Source: Pelagomonas calceolata
Lineage: Eukaryota
Reading direction: 5' to 3'
NCBI GenBank assembly: GCA_918797485.1
Contig: CAKKNE010000001.1
Coordinates: 744,001 to 808,000 of the forward strand
Length of the DNA stretch: 64,000 nucleotides
In this document: one piece after another, positions 30,612 through 42,900 of the stretch
Layout of the letters: each line of letters starts with the position of its first letter
Position numbering within the stretch: the first letter of the stretch is position 1
The notes under the pieces: model-generated
What the model was told of the DNA's origin: nothing
Seen by the model: only the letters and a program-made list of their open reading frames with translations
Databases searched by the model: none
Made by a program: the position numbers and the translations under genes

Positions 30612-31691
30612 ATGGCGCTGGTCCCCCGACAGCTGACCCGTGCCGAGCAGGATGAACTCTATGGCGTGGAAGCGTATGACTATGCGGGGCACGGCGGAGG
30701 ATTGTTTCAAAAACGGGGTGACGAATTCATCCGTGCGATGCACGATTGGCTGAGGGCGCATCACGTGGACGACTTCGATCGCCCGGGATGGGGCGTTGGA
30801 CCGCGTGGGTCCGGCCGGACCCTGCTTTGGTGGGCTACACTCGCCCCATGGCCCCACCCTAATCATGACGGTCCCTCTGCTGAATGCTGGCTACGGTTAG
30901 CCCGCGATCTCATCGCTCGTGGAGCAGACCCTAGCAACAGCTGCCATGAGATGGGCATTACAGCCTTAATGAATGCGTGTGGCTGCCGAGGGTGGCGTGC
31001 CGCGCCCTCCATGGAAATGGTCTCTCTCCTAGTCGACGCTGGCGCTGATGTTCGTGCAAAGGCTCGCGGCCCTCTGATCAACTCTCATATCGTAAATGGT
31101 GCCAGCTCCATCACGCGTGAGAGTGGCTTGACGGCGTTATCTTTTGTCCTCAGGCAGGAGGAGACATATTGGGACCCTTTGACGCATAGCTATAAGGAGC
31201 TCTCAACGCGCGACACATTGAAGATAGTCCACGTTTTACTGCGTGCCGGAGCGCCGCTGGATGCGTGCTTTGGTGACAAGTCGGCTGAGGAAGTCCTGCG
31301 GGAACAGGAGAGAAAGCGGCCTGCGTACGCCGCCGACCCCCATTTTGCCGAGCTCAAGCGCGTCTTCCGCGGCGTCCGCGCGGCCAAAGGGTCCTACGCG
31401 CGGTACGCCAAGAAGGAGATCCTGGTCCTGCTCGCGCTCGTGCGAAAGGGCCGCGCCGCGACGACCTGGTTCTACGCGGGCGACCACCGCACGGCCTTCG
31501 ACATCCTCGCGAAGAGTCCCAACGAGATCGTCTGGCACGTCCTGGCGTTTTCCTTTGGCATTAGTGTCGGCTCGGCCGGCGCGGGCGGCTACTACGACTC
31601 GCGGCCTCGGACGCCCACCCTCAATGTTGAGGATTTCGACAACGACGCCCTCAGTATCGAGGACGAGGGAGAATTTGTGATTGAGGAGTGA
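30612..31691 (+). CDS. Ankyrin-like family protein with C-terminal F-box-like motif (paralog of 52187)
   Basis: LARDLIARGADP, LLVDAGADV, GLTALSFVL, LLRAGAPLDA, and C-terminal ILAKSPNEIVWHVLAF. Confidence 0.8.
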   Translation: MALVPRQLTRAEQDELYGVEAYDYAGHGGGLFQKRGDEFIRAMHDWLRAHHVDDFDRPGWGVGPRGSGRTLLWWATLAPWPHPNHDGPSAECWLRLARDLIARGADPSNSCHEMGITALMNACGCRGWRAAPSMEMVSLLVDAGADVRAKARGPLINSHIVNGASSITRESGLTALSFVLRQEETYWDPLTHSYKELSTRDTLKIVHVLLRAGAPLDACFGDKSAEEVLREQERKRPAYAADPHFAELKRVFRGVRAAKGSYARYAKKEILVLLALVRKGRAATTWFYAGDHRTAFDILAKSPNEIVWHVLAFSFGISVGSAGAGGYYDSRPRTPTLNVEDFDNDALSIEDEGEFVIEE

Positions 31692-31864
31692 ATAGTGATA
31701 AGATTCGTATGTGATTCAACGTACGGGCAGACGACTAGAAAACAAAAAAGATTCTTTGTGCTAAGGTTAGCAGTAGTCGTGGAGTAAGCTATGTGCAGAG
31801 ACGGGCGAGGCCCGCGGCCCTGGGGGCGGCGCGTGGCGGCGAACGTGGCTAGGCAGGGGAGAGG

Positions 31865-34800
31865 TCAGACCGCCGCGCGCGGCGCGGGGTCAAAGTAGGG
31901 CACGACCTCGTCGAGGACGTGCGCCGGCAGGCGGGAGAGTATGGAGCCCGGGTCGCGCTGGCCGATCCAGCAGAGGCGGCGCCGCGCCCGGAAGCGCTTC
32001 TCGCGGTCGTCGAGCAAGCCGAGGTCGCGGAGCACCGTGCGCTGGCCGCGCTCGCGCTGGTAGGCGCCCGCGCCGCCCGCGTCGCGCAGCTTGCGCCGCA
32101 GCGCGAGGAACGAGGCCTGGGCCTGGAGGAGCGCGTCGAGGCTATGGGTCCGCCGCGCCGCGCGGGCCGCGCGCGCGACGCGGCGGCGCGCCGCGGCGCA
32201 GGCCTTGGCGAGGCTGGCGCGCGTCTCGTAGCCCGCCGGCGTCGTCGTCAGAATACCAGCAGACGACTGGAGGTACAACTTGTCCTGGGGCAGCGGCACG
32301 CGCGCCGCGAGCGCCGCCGTCTCGCCCTGGTCCGCCACGTACGGGTTGACGACGGCCCACCTTGTTAATTGTCCCAAGGGGTCGACCTCGAGGACGCCGC
32401 CGGCGACGGCCCGCAGATCCTCATACAACGTCTCGAAGTCGCCGGCGTATCTGTGCAATAAGTCCGCGCCCCCCAACCCGACGAGCGCGTACCAGGCGCC
32501 CTCGTCGTCGTCGATGGCGTCGTCGACGCCCACGGGGTCGGCCCACGGCGCGCCCCGCCTTCGCCGCTCGAAATGGGCGCCTACTCCGATGCGAATCGCC
32601 CCTTCTTGGGGCACGGCGGCAAAAGCATACGTCCCAGCTGGTAAGTTTATGGTGATGTCCGCGCGAGCCACCTGCCAGGCCGACGCGCCGATCTGGATGC
32701 GCTGCTCGTGCGCGGCACCTTGCACTAGAGGATGGACCCGCAGCGGCAAAGAGGCTTGATCAAAGATCCCCAACAAACAACCTTCGCCGGGGCCTAGTAC
32801 GAGAGATCTAAGGCGCGCGGGGTCGCGCATGAAGGGCGCCTGCGAGGCCGTCCTCTCGACGGCCGCCTGTTCTTCGTCGGTCCTAGCAGTAAATCCAGAA
32901 ACCACGGATCTCCGATCAAATAGGGACGCGTTCATCTCGGACCTTTCTTCGATACCCGGCAGCGGCGGCGCCCGGCCGACTTCATGCACGTTCGACGCCT
33001 CGGCCACCGACTCGGCCACCGACTCGGCCACCGGCACCGCGCAGGCCCAGCTCGACACGTGCGATCCGGTTGTGAGGAACTCCGCGTTCTTTAAGTGCGT
33101 GCCGTCCGTCGCTAGTGTTAATAGAGAGGCGTCGATGGGCGTGCCGATGAACGTGGCGGCCACGGTCCCCGAAATGTCATTTACGTTCTGCATCACGAGT
33201 GACACAAAACCGTGCCTCGCTCGTAATGATAGAGCGAACGGTCTGGGAGCGCCTCCATCAGCAATTCTCCGCACCTCCTGCAGGGCTTTCCTCCGGTCGG
33301 ACGTGTGGGCGAAGGGTAGGTTCGCAAGTGATCCAGGCCTGTCCAAACCAGTCGCCTCTCTAGCACCGTGGGACCATAAAGCAACGGCACCGTCCCGCCG
33401 CACCCCAACCACAAACAGCGTCATCCGCTCCAGCGACTCGACGCGTGCTTTCTCTCGTTGTTCGTTGAATCTTTCAGTAACATCTCGCAGACACACGACC
33501 CACGACAATTCGACGTTCCACCGCCCATTGAACCGCTGGCGAGCGACGATTTCCACGGTCCGGCCACCCTCAACATCGACGGCGACGGTCACGGTGCGTT
33601 GCGTGGGATTCGGGCCCGCGAGAATCGCATCCAAGGCCGTCCCCGTGGACCGGTCTACCGGTTTTTGTCGTAAAACACCATCCAAGACATCGCCGTTCGG
33701 CGCGACGACGTCCGCGGCCTGGTTGCACTTTAATACTCGATAGCCGTCTTCATCGTACGTGAGGACGACAACACCGTCCCCGACGTGATCAATCACGGCG
33801 TCCGCATCCGTCAATAACCTCTGGTGCGTCGCGTGCTCCTCGTCCCAGCGCCACACTAGTGCGAGTGTCAACAGAGCGATCGTTCCCAAGATGATGAGGG
33901 TGACCACAAACCGCAGGTTGCCCTCATTCAGCTTCGGTAAGGGCGTCCAGTCCTCGCAGACGATCTCGAAAGGAGTGGTATGCAACGGTCTCCTAACAGT
34001 AGCCTTGGCGTAGTCGTCGCCCTTCGTCACGCGACGTTTATCGACCGTATAATCGGGCTGCGGATTATACTCGCCTGCCGGGGGTAATTTACGAGCATCG
34101 GCCTCCCGATAGTGGATGCGGCGGTGCTTTAGAGTGAGCAACTCAAGGACGCTCTTGGGGCCCTGGAACATCATGATGCCGACGGCGAGCACACCAGCGA
34201 ACGGCTCGTCGTCCGTCGGCGTCCTGACGGCCGCGCCGTGGGGCCCCTCCTCCCACACATAAAAAAAGGCCCAGTTCCGATCATCATGCTGTTCCACAAA
34301 GGTCTCGCCTCTAGCTAGAACATCTAGCGCCGTGCAGGGTCTTAACGATGCTGGAGCCCCGCACGTGCTACCCTCCTCGGCTAATCGCCCACCCAAATAG
34401 GCAATCACATCAATGCCCAGCACGAAGTCGTAGGGGCTCACGTTGAACTCCTCGTCGTTCCAACCCTTGGTCGTGTCGCCGGGCGGCGCCGTGTAGTTGC
34501 CCGGGCCCGCGCGCGTCGTCACGTCGTCCATGTCGTTGTACCACCACGCGTACGTGCAGGGCGCGATCTTCGACTGCTGGACGACGTCGGGGTTGGTGGG
34601 CGGCGGCGCCTCGTCCAAGTCCTTTAAGAGGCCCGTGCAGTGCTTGTCGTCGTCGCCGTAGCAGATCTTGTCCGCGGTCAAATCGTGGTCGAACTCCCAG
34701 ACCGGGCGGGGAATGCTGTCGATCATTTCCTGCGTGAGCTCATCGGCGATCTTGCCGCCGTTGATCGTCAGCACGTTTTCATAACACACCGTATCTTCCT

Positions 34801-35759
34801 CCGCTACCGTCGTTGCTATCGTCTCGGCGTTGGCCAGCGCGCAACACAGGTCCGAAAAATCGTCTACGTCGCAGACGCTCACGTCCTTCTTCTCCAACTT
34901 CACGCCCGTGACGTTGTAGTCTTCCAGCACTTGTTCTCGATCAGCCTCCTCGTCTTTCGAGCAATACAGGGACAAAAGCCCCGATTTAGCTGCTGCGCAG
35001 ACCCCCTCAGCCAGTGGCCGTATGCCCTCGTCCATCGCGCATTTATAACATGTCGGCGCGAGCTCGCGCCAGGCGTCCTCCCAGGCCGGCGCGTCGCTGC
35101 GATCAATCACCGGCGCCACGAGGAGCTGGAGGCGCATGTCCAGGACCTCCTTGGACTCCGGCGCGATGCCGGCGGCCATGACGTCCGTCGCCGCGACGAG
35201 GCCCAGCCCCCACGCGGCGTTGCGCTGCATGACCTTCTGGGCATCGGCGGAGTCGGACGGCTTCCAGATGTCTTCCCACCGGCCCTCGCTCTTCGCCGTG
35301 CCGAGCCAGCCCTGGAGGAAGAGCCGCGCGGATTTCGACGTCGAGGACTCCGTGAGCAACAGCGTCGTCGCCGCGTAGTCGCACCGCTCCTTGTTCACGG
35401 ACTCGCGCCGCATCCTCTCCAAACGCGGGACCACCAAAAACTCGTACCAGCCCAGGAACACGAGCATGAACGCGACGATGGCGCCTGCGTTTGGAAGAAG
35501 AGGTGAGATGAGAGAACGCCGTCGAGCCGAACGGCGCGTCGCGGTCGGCGGTGCCTCGGGCGATCGCGGGGTCGGCGGCGCGCGGCGCGCCGCCGGCTCC
35601 CCGAGCGCCCGCATGCGGCCGCGGACGGGGGCGGGCTGCGTTTAGGCGCTGTGGTGCACCCAGGAGGAGAGGCTGGAAATAGCTCCTCCGCTGGCGCGTG
35701 TGCGTGATGGGAAGCATACGCTTCCGCCAGCGCGGCGCGGCCGGCGCCTCGACGTCCAT
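31865..35759 (-). CDS. Membrane sensor: TM - CHASE-like - TM - PAS - PAS - unknown output; 2 exons (35759-35660, 35484-31865)
   Basis: Intron 35485-35659 (G|GTGCAC...CTCAC.polyY.CGCAG|) yields the TM LLLG|AIVAFMLVFLGW. CHASE-like APVIDRSDAPAWE and FVLGIDV; second TM; PAS cores DGVVVL...CNQAA...VCLRDVTER and DGAVALWSHGAREATG. Confidence 0.75.
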
Positions 35760-35914
35760 TTTTGCGCCACGCCCCTCCCTCGGCCGAGAAGAGCTGCCCT
35801 GCGACGATGGGAGAAGTATGGGAGCCGTGCCGTCCTAGTGGGGGCGGCGCTTTTGCGGGCGATCGCTCCGCGAGGCGTGTTGTTCTTAGCCATGGCGCTT
35901 GGGACCCGTCGGAC

Positions 35915-35937
35915 CTAGCGTCCTGTAAGACACTAGC
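35915..35937 (+). promoter_or_regulatory. Bipartite CTAG element in divergent promoter
   Basis: CTAGCGtcctGTAAGACACTAGC. Confidence 0.65.
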
Positions 35938-36148
35938 TCAGAGCTTTGCCCGAGCTCAAATGACGCGTTGCAACAGTGGGCTAAGTGCGATCGAAGTCAT
36001 CGCATTGGCACTGCACGCTGCGTTACAAGTGGGCACGTCGCCATCCGTTCGCCAGACTTGCTGAGAGGCGCTCGACACGCCCCTTGCAGCTGGCAGCTTC
36101 GAACTGCAGCTCGTTTGTCCCGAGCGTCCGGGGCGCGGACACAAGCAG

Positions 36149-37240
36149 ATGAGCAGCCTCGACCTCGAGCGGCTCATGGCCGACCTTATCCCGAAGCTCA
36201 CGCCGACGAAGCGCCGCGAGCTACGCTACCTCGTGAGGGGGCTGAGGACGCGGAAGGAGATCGGCGGGATCCCGTCGGTGAGCGCCGCGCTCGTGGCGCG
36301 GGCGCCGGCGCTCGTTGGCGCGCATCTATGGCGTGCGTGCATAGACAAGCAGCGGCGCGAGCCCGAGCCCCGGCCGGCGTTCCTCAACGACGTGCCCGAC
36401 GACGTCTTTAAAATTATCGCGCGCTTTGCCGCGGCGGCGAAGGCGACGCGCGACGCGCCGGACGGTCTGCGGGCGCTCTTCCTCTCGCACCGGCGCGGCC
36501 GCAACGTCGCCCCGTGGCGCGAGGCGCTGCGCGACGTCGGCGTGTCTTTCAGGGCGGGCGTCAGGACGCGCCACGTGAGGCGCGTGTACCTACATTTGGG
36601 CCGCGCGCGGCTCCTGTGGGAAGGCGCGGCGCGGCCCACGGAGGAGACGGGCCTCGCGGCCTTGCTGGCGCGGGGGCTCCGGACGGACACCATCTTCCCC
36701 ATTAATCACAAGAAATGCCACTTCACCGGCCTCGACATGACGTACCTGAACTCGCGGCGCATCAAGGGCCCGAAGCTCTGGCGCGACCCCGTGCCGTGGC
36801 GCCGCTACCACCGGGCGTTCTTCGAGTTCGGCGGCGACAGGTGGGACATCCGCCTCGAGCGGAAGCGCCTCATGCGGCTGCGCTGCATGCGCGAGAACAC
36901 GGGGTCCAGCAGCGACGAGGCCGACTTCGACGACGACGACGACGAGCTGTGCCTCACAGTGCAGAAGATGCCCTTCGAGGCGTGCCGGCCGACGTGCAAC
37001 TGCGCCTACGACTTCCCGCTGCGCGTCGCCGTCCTCGGATCGACGGGCCGTTGGGAGCACCGCATGGAGTGGAACGCCGTGTCGGGCTGCTGGTTCTCGC
37101 GGGGCCTCGGCGGATGGGACGAGTGGGTCCGCGCCGTCGACAAGGCGGAGGCGGTCGGGTCGGAGGAGCCCGTCCGCCTGCTCGTGACGGCGCCGGAGGA
37201 CTCCGGTTTCGCCCCGCCCCCGTTTCGAATAACAAGTTAA
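36149..37240 (+). CDS. Hypothetical protein with F-box-like motif and possible MATH-like C-terminal region
   Basis: FLNDVPDDVFKIIARF is F-box-like; FEFGGDRWDIRL is MATH-like (weak). Confidence 0.6.
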   Translation: MSSLDLERLMADLIPKLTPTKRRELRYLVRGLRTRKEIGGIPSVSAALVARAPALVGAHLWRACIDKQRREPEPRPAFLNDVPDDVFKIIARFAAAAKATRDAPDGLRALFLSHRRGRNVAPWREALRDVGVSFRAGVRTRHVRRVYLHLGRARLLWEGAARPTEETGLAALLARGLRTDTIFPINHKKCHFTGLDMTYLNSRRIKGPKLWRDPVPWRRYHRAFFEFGGDRWDIRLERKRLMRLRCMRENTGSSSDEADFDDDDDELCLTVQKMPFEACRPTCNCAYDFPLRVAVLGSTGRWEHRMEWNAVSGCWFSRGLGGWDEWVRAVDKAEAVGSEEPVRLLVTAPEDSGFAPPPFRITS

Positions 37241-37288
37241 GGGATGAGTGGTTACCCTGGGGCTGCGGGGGGTTCCACGGTCGCGTGC

Positions 37289-37957
37289 TCATTCGTCCCA
37301 CTTGTACTCTTTGTCCTCCTTCCAGACGTTCGGGTGGCCGGCGCTGTACTTGTCTCTGTACACCCAAATTCCGCCGTAGAACCAGTCCGCGCCGAGGTTG
37401 TCCCAGTACGGGTACTTGTCCGGCTGGTTCTTCGGGTACGGGTACGAGCCCACCTTGTCGCTCCCCTTGAGGTCGGCCCAGACGAACTTGCCGCTGTCGT
37501 GGCCGAAGACGAACATGTTGCCCTCGGGGTACGCGCTGCCGAAGGAAGATTGGTCCCATAATACCACGGCGCCGGCCCCGTTCAAAGCGTTGCAAGCGTT
37601 GGGGCTAGAACTGCCCGATTCCTGCACCCCCTCGTCGCACGAGCGATCCTCGCACGTGAAGCTGTCGAACACGACTTTTTTGCCGCCGTAACTCGCGAAG
37701 CAGTCACCGTAGAGGCCTTGCTGGCGGATGCCGGGGTTCGACGCGACGATGAAGTCGCCCTTGAACCACAGGTCCCCGAGCCCCGCCCCGGCCCAAAGAG
37801 CCAGCGCGTCGTCCCCGGAATTGGCGACGAATAAATCCTCAAACGTCACTTGGCCAGGGGCTCTCCCTGCCAGTGATTTTGTTCTCGATTGGTTTCGGAA
37901 CTCGAGATCGCGCCGTTGTAGTCCTTCGAGACGCGTCGGACGGCCGTTCCAAAACCA
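37289..37957 (-). pseudogene. ATG-less fragment of a beta-helix (pectin-lyase-fold/GH87-like) protein
   Basis: The frame is open from the stop at 37958-37960 to 37289 with no upstream ATG. NSGDDALALW is a typical beta-helix glycanase motif, and codon bias is strongly coding. Confidence 0.5.
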
Positions 37958-38017
37958 CTAGATTTCACGTGCGACGTCGTCGCGCGATGACACTGGCTTC
38001 TAGGAGCCAAAGAGCAT

Positions 38018-38041
38018 GCTAGCGTTCAGTAAGACACTAGC
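38018..38041 (+). promoter_or_regulatory. Bipartite CTAG element in divergent promoter
   Basis: GCTAGCGttcaGTAAGACACTAGC. Confidence 0.65.
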
Positions 38042-38222
38042 GAGCTTTTTTTTTGTTGCACGAGCGCAAAGGATCGCATACGAGCGCTATCAGGCCGTAG
38101 CTGCGTGCAGTCTCTCGTGACCTGCGACCTGCAGCACTTATTGTGCTGACAACTCCTAGCCACGCACAGAACTGCTCCTATTTTGGAGGTTGCTCTCCTG
38201 ATTGCAATAAGGCATTAGCAGC

Positions 38223-39944
38223 ATGCTCGTCGTCCTCTCCCGCGCGACGCGCCGCACGCCGCTGCTGCGCGCGCTAGCAACCCACACCAGCCCCCACGGC
38301 ACGATAACCCCACCGAACCAGTCGTTCACTGAATACGTGGCAGCGAAAGTCCAGCAACACGACCCGAACAAGCCCATGTTGGTTGATGCATTAAGCGGCC
38401 AGACTTTAACTTTTGGACAGTTCGCGCCGCGCGTCGCGCGAGCGGCGGAGCGGTTGAAGACGGCCGCGTCGAAGCCGTTCGGGGCTGGCTCCACATTACT
38501 CATCCATTCGCCGAATTGTGTGGATTTTCCCGTCGCCTTCCATGCGGCTTTGGCTCTTGGTGGTGTCGTGTCGACGTCGAACCCACTCTATACGCCTCGG
38601 GAACTGGCCCATCAAATCTCCGATTGTGGCGCGTCTCACATCCTCACGGTTGGTGTTTTCCATGACACCGTGAAAGAAGCTGTGGAGTTGTCTGGAAGCG
38701 ACGCGACGATTGGCGTGTTAGGTACCGATTCAAGCATCTGCCAGGATGGCGCAGATGGTGGTGCCGGTACCTTCTCCTTAGCTGATGGGGACAGAACCGC
38801 GATCGGCGGCGGCGTCGTATCCACATCCGAACCCTTCGACGCTTCTTCATGCCTAGCAGCGCTACCGTACTCGTCAGGCACGACGGGCCTCCCCAAAGGC
38901 GTCATGCTCACGCATGGGAATCTAGTCGCGAACTTGGAGCAGACCTATGAGCTAGTGAAGCGGGCGCGACCGGACCTACTAGGAGACAATGATGTACTGT
39001 TAGGATTACTCCCCATGTTCCACATCTACGGCATGGTCACGATCCTCCACTACTCGATGATCCACGGCTCGACGCTCGTAACTTTGCCGAATTTCGAGCC
39101 CGAGACGTTCTTGAAAGCGATTGCGCAGCATCGCGTGAACGTCGCCCACCTGGTGCCGCCCCTCATCCTATTCCTGGCCAAACATCCGGCCGTCAAGCCC
39201 GAGATGATTTCGTCGCTCGAGTGCATCATGAGCGGCGCGGCGCCGCTCGACGCGCACACGCAGCAGGAAGCGGCGACGCGCATCGGCTGCGAGGTCGTGC
39301 AAGGCTATGGCATGACCGAGACGTCGCCAGTGTTGACCATTGATTGTGTCAAGGGCGGCAAGCCGGGTGCTGCTGGCCAATTGGTACCTTCTACGGAAGC
39401 CTGTCTGAAAGTAGCAGATCCGGCCTCACCATCGGGCTTTAGGGACGCGGCACCCGGCGAAGAGGGCGAGTTGTGGTGCAAGGGGCCCCAGGTCATGCCC
39501 GGTTACCTCAACAGGCCGGACGCGACGGCCGAGACCCTTGTAGATGGGTTTGTGAGAACCGGAGACATCGCCACGGTCGATAACGAGGGCAATTTTTTCA
39601 TCGTGGACCGCGTCAAGGAGCTCATCAAGGTGAAGGGGTTGCAAGTGGCGCCGGCGGAGCTCGAAGGTTTATTACTCACCCATCCCGCGGTCGCCGACGC
39701 GGGAGTGGTCGGAGAGCCCGATCAACGCACTCCGGGTGATGAAAGACCCCATGCGTTTGTAGTACTGAAACCAGAAACGCAACTGTCAGCAGTGGACGTC
39801 ACGAACTTCGTGGCGGGCCGCGTCGCCGCGTACAAGCACATCCAGAACGTGACATTCGTGCCGGAGATCCCTAAGTCCGCGTCGGGCAAGATTCTTAGGA
39901 GAGTGCTGCGCGACCGGCTCAAGGAGGGCTCTACCCAGCAGTAA
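38223..39944 (+). CDS. 4-coumarate:CoA ligase-like acyl-activating enzyme
   Basis: LPYSSGTTGLPKGVMLTH, QGYGMTETSP, GELWCKGPQVM.GY, RTGDI, VDRVKELIKVKG.QVAPAELE and PKSASGKILRR. The N-terminus is Arg-rich and transit-like. Confidence 0.93.
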   Translation: MLVVLSRATRRTPLLRALATHTSPHGTITPPNQSFTEYVAAKVQQHDPNKPMLVDALSGQTLTFGQFAPRVARAAERLKTAASKPFGAGSTLLIHSPNCVDFPVAFHAALALGGVVSTSNPLYTPRELAHQISDCGASHILTVGVFHDTVKEAVELSGSDATIGVLGTDSSICQDGADGGAGTFSLADGDRTAIGGGVVSTSEPFDASSCLAALPYSSGTTGLPKGVMLTHGNLVANLEQTYELVKRARPDLLGDNDVLLGLLPMFHIYGMVTILHYSMIHGSTLVTLPNFEPETFLKAIAQHRVNVAHLVPPLILFLAKHPAVKPEMISSLECIMSGAAPLDAHTQQEAATRIGCEVVQGYGMTETSPVLTIDCVKGGKPGAAGQLVPSTEACLKVADPASPSGFRDAAPGEEGELWCKGPQVMPGYLNRPDATAETLVDGFVRTGDIATVDNEGNFFIVDRVKELIKVKGLQVAPAELEGLLLTHPAVADAGVVGEPDQRTPGDERPHAFVVLKPETQLSAVDVTNFVAGRVAAYKHIQNVTFVPEIPKSASGKILRRVLRDRLKEGSTQQ

Positions 39945-39980
39945 GTTCAAGAATCTTGGTCTTAGGGGGGGATGGGGGAT

Positions 39981-42900
39981 TCACGCCGACGACGTCGTCT
40001 GCACGGAGGACCGCCGAGAGGAACTCCCGAGCTCCGCCATCAGCACCGTGCGACTAGCAACCAACTTCGACGAGAAGGAGGCAATCGACTCGAGAATTTC
40101 AGGAATCTGCATCGCCTTGTCGCCGACGTACTCCCTTAGTAGTTTTTGCTCCTGATGCATCTCGTCCAGGGCTTTCTTGGCCTCATTTAATGCATCACGT
40201 GTCGCCTTCGACGCCTCCGGCACGTTGCGGACGAACGCCGCGACGGCCTCGTCATCCGCCGACTTCGTCTTCTTCGGCACGCCCTTGACGAAGTGGTCCA
40301 GGGCGTTCAACGCATTCATTTCACGTTGTTTGACTTCCAGCGTCTTCTCGGCGATCGCATTCTCGGCGCCGGCCTTCAGCTTCGGGGCTATGATTCTGAG
40401 AGCGCGGTCGATCTCCGCGCCGTCCAAGCCCTCCTCCCGGTCGAAGGCGTCGTCCTCCAACACGCGCGCGAGGTAGTCCATGGCCGTCTTGCCGCCCTTG
40501 CCCTTGGTCTGCGAGAGTTTCTCGAGGTCGACCAAGCGGACCGCGACGGCCGAGCCTCGTCGCGAACCTTGGTTCAGCCGATTCCCCAAAGCTAGAGCGG
40601 CATGGCACGCCGCCCGCAGCATGGGCTCTTCTCGAGCTAACCGACAGGCTTGTGACGCCGTCTTTGCTGCGTCAACACAAGCTTCGAGCTCAGCCGGCGC
40701 CTCACCACACGTCGCCGCACCCTGCAAACAGGCCTTGAACCGCGCCAACCCGAAACCATGCGCCGCGACCACGAAGGCCGTCGCCTTGTTGAATTTCGCG
40801 TCTGGCGTTTTCGAAGCGGCCTCGGCCACTTTGCGGCACGTCTCCGCGTCGGGCATGTTCTCCACTAAGCGTCGCAGGACGTCCGGTGGCGCGCACCGCT
40901 CCACATCATCACTACCGAGACCAGTGGCGACCAATGCCCTTACTAATCCCGGCGCGTCCGCACATAGATTTCTACAATCATTCAATCCAAGAACGATGGA
41001 GTCAGAAGACGACTCGTCCTCGGTCGGCGGCCAGGGCTTCACATCTCTCAGGTTCGCGAGCGTGATCTCGAGGTTTTGAGCCTTCGTGCCTTCGAGGAGC
41101 TGGACCTCCTTCTCGCCAGTCGGTTTGCTGGCCTTCTTCGGCGCCGGCGCGAGCGCGAACATCTCCTCGAGCATCTCGGACGCGGCCTGGTTCTCCGTGA
41201 AGAGCGATTCCGCCCTCGCTCCCAGGGATTCGCGCTTCCTTCTGCCAGATCTACCCCACAACGACCCCTTCCTTCTCTGAATAGAAGGTGAAGATAACCC
41301 GTCCCAGTGGATGTTCTTCGTCGTGGACTGGGGCGCTGCTTGTACTGTTGACGCTTCGGGGATGGGCGCGCCGATGGCCCGGGCGATGGCCACCAGCGTC
41401 GCGTGGTTGCAGCCCTCGCCGACGACCGTCGCCATGATCTTCTCGAGGGGCACGCCGACCTTCTTCTTCTTCTTGGCCGCGAAGAGCTTGGACTCGTCGA
41501 CCGGTTCCTCGGCTTTCTTGATGGGTGTGGCCGGCTTCAGACCTAAAGCTTCGCGAAGGGCGTTCATGCCGTTCGCGTCGAGCTTGCCGTCCTGCTTCGC
41601 TTTATGCATCGCGCAGTCCGCGTCGAGGCCGAACTTCTTCATCTTGAGGTAGGGCTCCAGTAGTTTGTCGTCGACCGGCGCGGCCTTCTTCACTTCGAGC
41701 ACTGGAGTAGAAGGCTTCGAGGCCGCCTTGCGCCGTCGCCGCAAATGGATGACCAGGGGAAAGGCCTCCCGCTCGACGGCGTCCGCCAGCAGCTCGTAGC
41801 AGTCGTCCGTGCTGAAGACGCCGTCGCCGCCCTTTTCGACATCGTCTTCCTTCTCGAAGAAGCTTGTTTTGCCAATGCCCACGACCTCGTCGCCCGGTTG
41901 CAACGACGCGCGGTGCTCCGAGTCGCTCGTGACTTCTTCCACCCTAGGTCGTTCAGACGTCTCGAACTTGATGCCGAGGGGGCCCTTGACAAAGGTCAGC
42001 GAGAAGCGCTCGTAGGGCGCCGGCGACGGCGGCGCCCGGCGACAGGCGAATAATGCCCCAATGTTCGCGAAGGCGCCGCTTTTTACTTTGTTCGGCGGCG
42101 CCGGCGGCGGCGAGGGCGGCGCCGGCGGCGCGGCGCGCGCCGCCAACAAGTCGCTGAGCGCGGCGTGCTTGTCCTCCTTGGGCGGCGCGGGCGGCGCGGC
42201 GCGCGCCGCGAAGAGGTTCGACAGCGCAGCATGCTTTTCTTCTTTCGGGGGCTCGGCGGGCGGCGGCGGCGGCGCGCGGGCCGCGAACAAGTTGTTCAGG
42301 GCGGCGAACTTCTCCTCCTTCGGGGGCTCGTCCGCGGCGGGCGGCGGCGGCGCCCGCGCCGCGAAGAGGTTTGACAAAGCAGCGAACTTCTCCTCCTTCG
42401 GCGCCTCCTCCACGACCGCCTCCTCGGAAACGGCGCACTCCATCTCTCCCGCGACGAGGCCGCGCGCGCGCTCCGCCTTCGCGGCGGACGCGGTAGGCTC
42501 ACCGGACGCGGCGGGCTCCGCCGGCGCCGCGGCGGCAGCGTGGGCGCCCTGGGCGTAGGTGACGACCTTTGACCCTTGGGGCGTCCGCTTTTTTGTCGAT
42601 AATGCTTTTTCCACGACGGCGCGCGGCGCGGGCGTCAGGTCGGACCCGGACTCTCCAAAACTCCCGAGCGTCGCGTCGGGAGATGACGAGGGCGTCTTCT
42701 TCGGTGTCGGCGGCTTCTTGGCCTCGACGAGCCGCACCTTGGTATTCGTCCGATCTCCGAGCACCACTTTCGACGGCGGCGGCGTCGGCGTCGCCGGCTC
42801 CTGCTCCTTCTGTTTCTGAGCATCTAACCTTTCTTGGATGGCCCGCGTCCAGCGCTGGTGGGCGAACTTGGTCTCGACCGCCAAAGTCAGCTCCGCGTCC

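Noticed and set aside
35915..35937. CTAG elements as Helitron 3' ends
   Set aside because: There is no GC hairpin upstream, no shared flanking sequence between copies and no consistent following T. Strict promoter-side placement favours a cis-element, though this is not formally excluded.
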